Positions 53,520 through 64,000 of a stretch of 64,000 nt of DNA are shown here, in pieces. Source of the DNA: Eledone cirrhosa (Eukaryota); the NCBI GenBank assembly GCA_964016885.1, contig OZ024741.1, positions 73,222,001-73,286,000 of the forward strand, in the 5' to 3' direction. The translations under genes were made by a program, and so were the position numbers. The stretch's first letter is position 1. Each line of letters opens with the position of its first letter. The notes under the pieces were generated by a model. That model did not search any database, was not told where the DNA came from, and saw only the letters and a program-made list of their open reading frames with translations.

Positions 53520-54125
53520 GAATTTCGAAGGAAAACCAAAGGAAAATAGAGTAATCTATGTATAGAACAGAGATATTTAATTAGAAAGTGAACATCACAA
53601 AATATAACTACTCAATTACCAAAGGTTTCTGGATCCCAGACAATAATAATATACGTTTGGATCGGTCGTCAGACAGAGATGACCGATCCAGACGTATATT
53701 ATTATTGAGCTTCCAGATCAGTTCGGAAAGAGCTGTACTTTTCATTTTGTCCTCCCTATTTAAGGAATGGCGATGGTTATACCATCTGTCTTTGAAGCTC
53801 GTTGATGTGGCTCCTATGTAAAGGTGCTCAGAGTTGGGGCTTTTTACTCTATATCCGTATATTAAGTTCTTCCTGAGGTATTCATTACTAAGGGGCATAA
53901 TGTGGAGGTCCTGCAGGTGCAGGAGGTGTTTGACCCCCAGTGCCTAATGTGAAGTTCCCGTTGCGTATTATAGGGTGGTCTTCTCCTGGGTTCGGTGGGG
54001 TGTCCCTGGGTCTGTTTGGGTTCCCAGAGTGGGAACCGGGTCCACCCTTCCTTCCCTCCACATGGCTCTGCTGGGTGCTTATATTGCCAGCTTCTGGGTG
54101 TGTGTAGTTTCTAGGTCTACTCCTT
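53520..54125 (-). mobile_element. PLE GIY-YIG fragment with local inversion
   Basis: PLSNEYLRKNLIYGYRV...LYIGATSTSFKDRWYNH...STALSELIWKL; same subtype as 23300-23722. Confidence 0.8.
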
Positions 54126-54139
54126 TGAACGCAAACAAA

Positions 54140-54208
<69 letters not shown>

Positions 54209-55040
54209 ACATAGATAGATTTGTTTGCGTTCAAATGAAGGTAAATGACAGTCATAGTTATATAAATCGACAATCATGTAGAGTAAAGACAAGAATAGTA
54301 TTGTTAAAATTAATATAGACTCTATATATATGTGTATATATACACACATATATGTATACTTGAATTTTTATAGCACAATGAGAATGTTTTCGTGTGAATT
54401 GGGAGTTTGTTTATAATTATGATATAAACATATGAATTTTTAAAAACTAGACATAAGATCATTACTTTTCACACATTATAGATACATGTCTCATTCATGA
54501 ATACTGATATTTACATTATAATGCCTGTTTTATACGAACTAATATTTTCTACGGGATAAAACATAGCGGTTTTAAATTCTGCCTCGTTTATGTCTGGTTA
54601 TGTTTCATTTTCTCTTTTTCATTTTCTCTTTTTTCTCTCTATATAACGGCTATTTTCTCTCTTAACTACATACATTTCTCTTTACATTAATACTAGAGCT
54701 AAATAAATAAATAAATAAATAAATAAATGTATCAACCGATACTCAACTTCCTAGTTTCTCTATCTATCTCTATCTATCTCTTTCTTTTTTCCTCTCTCTA
54801 TATATATTTCTCTCTGTTTCTTTACATGAAGTTCTTCTCTTTATCTATCTTTCTATATCTCTCTATTTAGTCACATGCATTTCTTCTTTTTCTTCGTTTC
54901 TCTTTCTTTCTTTCTTTCTTTCTTTCTCTCTTTCTTTTTACAACTGTCCACAATATTTTTTACTGCCAAATCAACCTCCCAAATGCAAGGTGATTGAAAG
55001 GTATGTCGTATCTATTTATTTATAAGACTGTTTATATTGT

Positions 55041-55104
55041 ATTTTGTCTGAAGAAGGCATAACATATTGTTAATATGATATCCCTGAAATATATATAACG
55101 AAAT
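55041..55104 (+). ncRNA. Type I hammerhead ribozyme motif, intact core
   Basis: attttgt-CTGAAGA-aggcataacatatt(gtt)aatatgatatccct-GAAA-TATATA-TA-acgaaat: 7-bp stem I including one G-U. Confidence 0.78.
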
Positions 55105-55235
55105 AAATATGGTTTTATAAATATAGTTTCCATTTATTTAATATCATAAATATACTCCAAATACTTGTTGAGTGCTTTTATATCAGTTATAAATATTTAC
55201 TCGTTGTTAACCCAACAATTTAAATATAACTTTCC

Positions 55236-55274
<39 letters not shown>

Positions 55275-55333
55275 GAGCACTGGGGTGTATGAAATTTGAA
55301 ACATATAAGCGTCTTAAACGCAAAAAAATATCA

Positions 55334-55512
55334 TAATTGTTTCTACTTTTGGTAAAAGGCCAGCAATTATCCCAGTGTATTACTGGTACTTTATTTTATC
55401 GACCCCGTAAGTATTAAAGGCAAAGTTAACCTCGGCGGGATTTGAACTCAGACTATAAAGGGCGGTAACGCTTTGCTGCGAAGCATGGCGTCCGACCCTC
55501 TACCGATATTGC
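55334..55512 (-). mobile_element. SINE family A
   Basis: Reverse complement of the 31518-31708 family. Confidence 0.85.
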
Positions 55513-55628
55513 ATTTGACTACTTTTGTCCACATTTTCCCACCACAAAGAGTTATTTTACTCGATTTATAACGGTAAACTGTTATATTGAGTCATTTTTT
55601 GCGTTCTGAGCGTTGTGACTTTACCAAT

Positions 55629-55701
<73 letters not shown>

Positions 55702-55703
55702 GA

Positions 55704-55833
<130 letters not shown>

Positions 55834-56000
55834 CATACAATAGTAGAACACTGGAGGGTATTTCCTTTTCCGTGCAACTTAATTCAGACCGAGTTGAAGA
55901 TCCGCATAAAGTGAAACATTTGTTATCGGTATGGTGAACTAACTGTTGTGGAAGTACTTCTCTCTCTCTCTCTCTCTCTCTCTCACACTCTCTCTCTCTC

Positions 56001-56112
<112 letters not shown>

Positions 56113-56129
56113 GCACTCACTCTCTCACC

Positions 56130-57250
56130 AGACCCTCTCTACATCCATCTTCATGAAACCAACAGACTCCCAATCTTACCTCGACTTCACCTCTTCCCAT
56201 CCCACCCACACCAAACACTCCATACCCTATTCCCAATTCCTCTGTCTTCGTCGACTCTGTAGCCAGGACGACGATTTCGAAAATCATTCCCTTCGCATGG
56301 CTTCCTGCTTCATCCAGCGTGGATATTCCCCCACCCTGATCAAAGCTGGTCTCACCCACGCCCGTGAAACACACCGCACCACAGCCCTCTCACCTCAACC
56401 CGCCCGCCCAACACTTGTGTTCCTTTCGCTCTCACCTACCACCTCATCACCCTACCACTCCGGCGACATATCCTCAGTTCCTTCCGTATCCTCTCTTCTG
56501 ACCCCGTCACTTCTCGCTTTTTTCCAAACCCACCCATTATTGCTTTTAAGCGCACCCGAAACCTCCGCGACCTCCTGGTTCGCAGTTCCTTTTCGTCCTC
56601 TCCCACGCCTCCACCCGGCTCTCATTCTTGTTCCCTTTCCCGCTGCAACACTTGTCCCTTTATTTCCACCTTCACCACTCTTACAGGCCCTAACGTGTCT
56701 TTCCGTATCCGCCATTCCTTCACCTGCACATCCACCCCCGTTGTCTAGGCCCTCCGGTGTTCCCTTTGCGGGTCTTTATATATCGGACAAACGGGACACC
56801 GTATGGCGGACCGTTTTGCCGAACATTTGAGGGACATACGACTCGGTTTGGATACTCCTGTCGCCCGTCATTTCTGATCTCCTGGTCATTCTTCCCTACA
56901 TGTTTCAGTTCTGGGTGTCCTTTTACATCATGGATGACAGGCCTCGCGCACCAGGACTGAACAAGTCTGATTCACCGCCTTCGATCCAATTCCCCTCTTG
57001 GACTCAACTCACCTCCCCAATTTCTCTAATACCCCGCCCATTATCACACCCCTAGATTCCTATCGCTTTCTCTTGATCATTAGAGCTTCTCTTACAACTA
57101 ATACATGCCGACTATATATGCTCACTCCACTTTTCCCTTCACTGCTTTATATACACACTTACACACCCTTATATTAACATACTTTTGCACACACACACTT
57201 TTACTCACAAATACACACACACTTTTCTTCTTAGCTTAGTACCGCCGTAT

Positions 57251-57300
<50 letters not shown>

Positions 57301-57670
57301 ACACACTCACACACACACACACACACACATGCTTAGGCACGTGCACAAGTATAGCTCTTTTTACAAAACGTTTTTTTTTTCCATTTCAGGTAGACGCGCT
57401 CCATCATCCACTTTTCTAAAAAACAAATCATACACAAAACACCAGCAACAACAGTTTTGCAAGAGATGTCAACATGAATGGACCTGTTATTTTTATCTAA
57501 AGACATTTTTTCCAATTCTATCTCTCAATCTATCTTATTTCTCATTCTTTCTTATGATGAAAGACTAGCGTCCGAAAGGTTAAGACCCTTTTCCTGCTAT
57601 ATCAAGCGTTAACCGACTATATCCCTTCCATATACTGTACCGATTGTCTTGTTATTTCTGTTTACCTTTT
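56130..57670 (+). mobile_element. 5'-truncated Penelope-like element (RT thumb + GIY-YIG, frameshifted) with 3' pLTR
   Basis: TSIFMKPTDSQSYLDFTSSHP...SIPYSQFLCLRRLCS...RGY; NLRDLLVRS; RCNTCP, FTCTS, RCSLCGSLYIGQT..RFAEH; PLGLN; degenerate HHR at ~57551-57585. Confidence 0.9.
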
Positions 57671-57694
57671 ATATACATATATATATATATATTG

Positions 57695-59720
57695 ATTTTA
57701 CTGTGGAAAAATCTGTGGAGATGATCATTGAGAGTGAGGTGGAGTTCTGCGACGTCGACACAGACGAACTGGGCCTCCTACTTAGACTTACCTATGACAC
57801 CGACTACCTAGACAGACATGACCGTAGCCGTTTCTGTAGACCCATAAGAGGTAGACCCCCCCCCCCCCCACCATAATCTCAGTGGCAAAAAAGACTCCCA
57901 TGGGAAGATGGATTGGGTGGACCAAAGCCATACGGACACCCCAAAACAATGATCAGGTCAGAAAAATGGTCGCGCAAGCAATAGGGGCTAGTATTAAAAC
58001 TACCCTAAAGGGCCACATATTCGAATTCAACGAGAAGATCTACACCCAAAATGAGGGAGCAGCCATTGTCGTCAGCATAGCTGGTGACGTTGCCAAACGT
58101 TTTATGGTACGGTGGGAAAGGAGACTCACAGATCTCCTTGATGAGAGCTCCATAGACCTCATCATGTACTCTCGTTACGTAGACGACATTAATATAGTAA
58201 TAAGGACACCCCCACAAGAGAGTACTAACAAGTATGCGTTAGAATGTAGCACAATGGAAAGCATCCAGCAGATGGTTAATTCCATACACCAGAGTATAAC
58301 TGTAACTATCGACTTCCCTTCCAAACACCCCAACAGTAGACTACCTGTATTAGACACGGAACTCTGGATTAACACTATAGATAAGAGGGACCAAATTCTC
58401 CACTCACACTACGCTAAACCCATGACCTCCAAATATCTGATACTCAAAAACTCAGCAATGTCCAGTAGTGCTAAGTTTAATATTCTGATCGCAGACTTGG
58501 TACGAGTGATGAAGAACGTGTCCCGCATGTGCGACCCAACAGAAATGGAAAGACACATCCAACACTTCATCAACCGCATGCAATTCTCTGGCTACAACCA
58601 AAGAGACAGAATCAGAGTATACGAAGGAGCCACGGAGAAGTATAAGACCCTCATAGAACTGGACATGAAAGGAATTTGCCCATTATACAGGAGCAAATCA
58701 TGGAATAGCTTAGATAGGACTAGACATAAAATAGGGAAAGCCACTTCATGGTACGACAACCAGAGATACCAGAGTGTCATGTTTGTGGGCGCTACCCCTG
58801 GAGGGAAATTAACTAACCAGTGTAGAAAGGCCCTGAGAAATACCCACTTAAAGATTAAGGTGGTAGAAAAGCCAGGAACCACCATAAAATCCCTAATCAG
58901 CAAAACCTACCCTTTTAAGAAAACCCACTGTACTAATAGGAAATGTATTATATGTAAAGTAAACCCCCGGATAAATTGTAAAGCTAGAAACGTAGTCTAT
59001 AGCATAAGATGTACAGAGGGTACTTGCAGAAATATGACAACAACATACATAGGCGAGACAGCTCGTAGCATAGGTGAAAGGATAGACCAACACTGGGGGG
59101 AACTAAAAGGACGAAAAAACGGGTCAGTACTATACGAACATGTCAGACAACAACACGACGGTAACATAGACAAAATAGAAATTAGAATAATATCTAAACA
59201 TAGAAATGACCCAGCAGATAGGCAAATCAGAGAGGCCAGTGAAATAAACTTAGAAGGCCAAGACTAAACAGAAAAAATGAATGGAATAACAACAACACCC
59301 AAACAAATAATACTGACCTAAGAGAAGTATAAATAAATAAATAAATAAATAAATACATACACAAGCACAATGACAACAAACATATATAAACACACACTAG
59401 TAACTAAGATAGAATACTAGTAAACTAAGATAGAATACAATAACCAATACACAGTCACCCAAACACGGATACACATCAAACACTATACACACACGCAAAC
59501 GCATGCGCAGAGAAGACAAAAAAATAAATAAATAAATAGACTAAATAAAGATGCCTTAGGCATACAATACAACAGGAGGAAACATAATAGCACCACTGAC
59601 GATGTTGCAGATGTGAAACGAAAGAACTTTGTTAGACTATATATATGTGTTTGTGTCTATATTATATCTGTATTTTTGACCGTTGGTCAGTCAATGGTAA
59701 CATTGAGGACCGAATAAATT
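57695..59720 (+). mobile_element. 5'-truncated Penelope-like element with a long open RT-GIY-YIG frame (57882-59267)
   Basis: IYTQNEGAAI, YSRYVDD, LPVLDT, HYAKPM, RMQFSGY, CTNRKCIIC, NVVYSIRC..C..YIGETAR, RQIREA; frameshifts at poly-C 57856-57869 and before LNRKNEW; HHR-like motif at 59592-59633. Confidence 0.93.
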
Positions 59721-59871
59721 AAATTAACCGATATAAAAGACACAGAAGCGAAAACCAATCAAACAGTGAGTGTGTTCTGTTATTAATTCTGGCAATATTA
59801 TCACACAAATATGACCCTTCCCAAGTATAACAATATTTGTTTTGACACGATTTCATATCAAAACCTCGCAA

Positions 59872-59950
<79 letters not shown>

Positions 59951-59959
59951 TTATTGGGA

Positions 59960-59994
<35 letters not shown>

Positions 59995-60207
59995 TATATA
60001 TATATATATATATAAGTTATTGGGACCATATATATATATATATATATGGTCCCAATAACTTTTTTTAGATATTGCTCGCACCAACCTGAGTTATCTGATT
60101 TTTAATGCGATGAAATACCAATGATGGTTGGAAAATCACTGACGAAGGACTATTTTAATCATATGTAACCCATGTGCAAACCACGCAGTATTCTTCTTTC
60201 TTCTCGT

Positions 60208-60268
<61 letters not shown>

Positions 60269-60719
60269 TATATATTTATTTATTTATTTATTTATTTATG
60301 TATATTTATATATATGTTTGTGTGTCTTCTGAGGGTTTATTTTTAGCCAAATGCTTTATAAATGGTCGTAGTCAGGCTCAAGAGAGAAATATGGCTGGGG
60401 AGGGATAACTATGCGAAAAGAGTACAATGAAAAACAGTAAATGGCGTTGGTATCGTCTGTGGTTGTGGTGGTGGTAACTTGTGTGTTGGTTGTAGTTTTC
60501 GTTTATGTGTTTTTAGGTTTATCTATAGAAGAGTGCTGTTTCATTAACGGCCTTTCAGTCGTGACCATCTTCTGTTTGTATATGTATGGTATTGTCCAAT
60601 GTGTCTGCCTTTTTTATAAAGACAGTATGACTTGAATGAATTTGACTGCTATTTCTAACCATTCGAGCGACCACGCAGAAAAAGGCTCGCTAATTGGCAC
60701 ATCGTCATCGTTATTGTTA

Positions 60720-61746
60720 TTGATGATGATGATGGTGATGATAGTGGTGGTATAGGGATAGTGGTGGCATGGTGATGGGGGGGGGGAATATTGATGGTGG
60801 TATGGTAATTATAGTGATATATTCTTGGTGGTGATGGTGGTGGTTGTGGTGGTTGTTGTCGTGGTGCTGGTGGTGGGGTGATAAGGTGATGGGGTTTGTA
60901 TGATGATGGTGTCGATTTGACGATGGCTGAGATATGGTGATGATGGTGGTATGGTAATGGTAGTGGTATGGTGATGATACGGTGATAGTGTTGGGATGGT
61001 GATAATGATAGTGATGGTGGTGGTATGGTAATGGTAGTGGTATGGTGATGATACGGTGATAGTGATGGTGGTGGTATGGTAATGGTAGTGATGGTGGTGG
61101 TATGGTAATGGTAGTGGTATGGTGATGATACGGTGATAGTGATGGTGGTGGTATGGTAATGATAGTGATGGTGGTGGTATGGTAATGGTAGTGGTATGGT
61201 GATGATACGGTGATAGTGATGGTGGTGGTATGGTAATGATAGTGATGGTGATGGTATGGTAATGGTAGTGGTATGGTAATGGTAGTGGTATGGTGATGAT
61301 ACGGTGGTATGGTAATGGTAGTGGTATGGTGATGATACGGTGATAGTGATGGTGGTGGTATGGTAATGGTAGTGATGGTGGTGGTATGGTAATGGTAGTG
61401 GTATGGTAATGGTAGTGGTATGGTGATGATACGGTGATAGTGATGGTCGTGGTATGGTAATGGTAGTGGTATGGTGATGATACGGTGATAGTGATGGTGG
61501 TGGTATGGTGATGGTAGTGGTATGGTGATGATACGGTGATAGTGGTGGGATGGTGATAATTATAGTGATGGTGGTGGTATGGTAATGGTAGTGGTATGGT
61601 AATGGTAGTGGTATGGTGATGATACGGTGATAGTGATGGTGGTGGTATGGTGATGGTAGTGGTATGGTGATGATACGGTGATAGTGGTGGGATGGTGATA
61701 ATTATAGTGATGGTGGTGGTATGGTAATGGTAGTGGTATGGTGATG
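60720..61746. repeat. GGT/GAT-derived complex minisatellite
   Basis: Units such as ggtatggtaatggtagtggtatggtgatgatacggtgatagtgatggt. Confidence 0.92.
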
Positions 61747-61834
61747 TCAATGATTTTAGAGGTTCTAGCTGTGGTAATTAATGATAGTAGTCATGGTGGT
61801 GACGGTGTAGTTATGGTGTTGGGGGTGCTGGTAA

Positions 61835-61970
61835 ATAATTGTTTCTACTTTTGGCACAAGACCAGCAATTAACCCAGTGCATTACTGGTACTTTATTTTA
61901 TCGACCCCGTAAGGATGAAAGGCAAAGTCAACCTCGGCGGGATTGACTTTGCCTTTCATCCTTACGGGGT
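61835..61970 (-). mobile_element. SINE family A fragment with 5' inversion
   Basis: 61904-61931 inverted at 61943-61970. Confidence 0.85.
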
Positions 61971-61989
61971 AATTAATGATGGTGTATTA

Positions 61990-63520
61990 GTTGTGGTGGT
62001 GGTAGTGTTGGTTGTGGTGATGGTGACGGTGGTGGTAAAAGTGGTGGTGTTTGTGGTAGTGGTGGTGGTTGAAGTGGTGGTAGTGGTGGCAGTGAAGGGA
62101 GAGGTGGTGGTGGTGGTGGTGGTGATGGTGGTGACGATGGTTGTAAAGGTGGTGGTGTTTGTGGTAGTGGTGGTGGTTGAAGTGGTGGTAGTGGTGGCAG
62201 TGAAGGGAGAGGTGGTGGTGGTGATGGTGATGGTGACGGTGGTGGTAAAAGTGGTGGTGTTTGTGGTAGTGGTGGTGGTTGAAGTGGTGGTAGTGGTGGC
62301 AGTGAAGGGAGAGGTGGTGGTGGTGGTGGTGGTGATGGTGGTGACGATGGTTGTAAAGGTGGTGGTGTTTGTGGTAGTGGTGGTGGTTGAAGTGGTGGTA
62401 GTGGTGGCAGTGAAGGGAGAGGTGGTGGTGGTGATGGTGATGGTGACGGTGGTGGTAAAAGTGGTGGTGTTTGTGGTAGTGGTGGTGGTTGAAATGGTGG
62501 TAGTGGTGGCAGTGAAGGGAGAGGTGGTGGTGGTGGTGGTGATGGTGGTGACGGTGGTTGTAAAGGTGGTGGTGTTTGTGGTAGTGGTGGTTGAAGTGGT
62601 GGTAGTGGTGGTAGTGAAGAGAGAGGTGGTGGTGGTGGTGGTGGTGATGGTGGTGACGGTGGTTGTAAAGGTGGTGGTGTTTGTGGTAGACGTGGTGGTT
62701 GAAGTGGTGGTAGTGGTGGCAGTGAAGGGAGAGGTGGTGGTGGTGATGGTGATGGTGACGATGGTTGTAAAGGTGGTGGTGTTTGTGGTAGTGGTGGTTG
62801 AAGTGGTGGTAGTGGTGGCAGTGAAGGGAGAGGTGGTGGTGGTGGTGGTGATAGTGGTGACGGTGGTTGTAAAGGTGGTGGTGTTTGTGGTAGTGGTGGT
62901 GGTTGAAGTGGTGGTAGTGGTGGCAGTGAAGGGAGAGGTGGTGGTGGGTGGTGGTGGTGGTGACGATTGTTGTAAAGGTGGTGGTGTTTGTGGTAGTGGT
63001 GGTTGAAGTGGTGGTAGTGGTGGCAGTGAAGGGAGATGTGGTGGTGGTGGTGGTGATAGTGGTGACGGTGGTTGTAAAGGTGGTGGTGTTTGTGGTAGTG
63101 GTGGTGGTTGAATTGGTGGTAGTGGTGGCAGTGAAGGGAGAGGTGGTGGTGGTGGTGGTGATAGTGGTGACGGTGGTTGTAAAGGTGGTGGTGTTTGTGG
63201 TAGTGGTGGTGGTGGTGATAGTGGTGACGGTGGTTGTAAAGGTGGTGGTGTTTGAAGTGGTGGTAGTGGTGGCAGTCAAGGGAGAGGTGGTGGTGGTGGT
63301 GGTGGTGGTGGTGGTGATGGTGGTGACGGTGGTTGTAACGGTGGTGGTGTTTGTGGTAGTGGTGGTTGAAGTGGTGGTAGTGGTGGCAGTGAAGGGAGAG
63401 GTGGTGGTGGTGATGGTGGTGACGGTGGTTGTAAAGGTGGTGGTGTTTGTGGTAGTGGTGGTGGTTGAAGGGGTGGTAGTGGTGGCAGTGAAGGGAGAGG
63501 TGGTGGTGGTGGTGATGGTG
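61990..63520. repeat. ~102-108-bp GGT-rich minisatellite
   Basis: Landmark agtgaaggga at 62091, 62199, 62301, 62409, 62511. Confidence 0.95.
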
Positions 63521-63903
63521 GGGGTTCGAGGAACAACAAAGAAAAACTCGGTAAAAGACTGTAAGAACCGAACTGGATAATTGGTGGGCGGTGGGTGTAA
63601 TAGTGGTTAGCAACAGCAGTAGTAAGAGCAGAAAAAGAAGAAGATAAAAATGGCTGATTTTGAGCGAGATTTGAAACGAGACATGTAAATAGGAAGAAAT
63701 AAAGAGAAGTAATTTATCTGAGTGAGGAGAGAGAAGAAGATAATCTAATGAGAGATGAAAGTAATAAAGTGGGAAATAATAATTTGGCAAGAGAATTGAA
63801 TAAAGAATGATGAGAAAGGAAAGGCAGGGAAGGAGAAAGAGAGTGGTGGGTGGGGAAAAGGTGGATTGAGAGTAAGGAGTTAGGGTGGGGTGGTCGAGGG
63901 AGA

Positions 63904-63952
63904 GAAGAAGAAGAAGAAGAAGAAGAAGAAGAAGAAGAAGAAGAAGAAGAAG

Positions 63953-63983
<31 letters not shown>

Positions 63984-64000
63984 GCCGCAGCAACAACAAC
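63904..64000. repeat. (GAA)n(CAA)n microsatellite
   Basis: Direct reading. Confidence 0.95.

Noticed and set aside
60809-63790. Pro/His/Thr/Val-rich ORFs up to 605 aa
   Set aside because: GGT-based minisatellites with unit lengths in multiples of 3.

Overview
Eukaryotic, very repeat-rich non-genic or intronic DNA. The SINE families and microsatellite load suggest a cephalopod (Octopus-like) genome, which is an inference. I found no convincing host exon. Most long ORFs in the track are microsatellite artefacts, and every recognisable protein fragment is retrotransposon-derived. These comprise a full-length decayed Tx1/L1-clade LINE sitting in an (AAT)n tract, a 5'-inverted Tx1 and a truncated Tx1 in (GATA)n tracts, R4/Dong-like RLE elements, RTE 3' ends and at least three types of Penelope-like element (PLE, GIY-YIG). 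Also present are tRNA-derived SINEs, MITEs, Helentron-type non-autonomous elements, a 35-bp G-rich minisatellite and a head-to-head telomere-like repeat block. The most striking hidden signal is a dense set of type I hammerhead ribozyme (HHR) motifs, about 15 loci read by eye on both strands. Several have intact cores and sit in palindromic, inverted or tandem cassettes with no ORF. One tandem pair would release a 537-nt RNA (retrozyme-like). All structures were read manually, so coordinates of decayed repeats are approximate.
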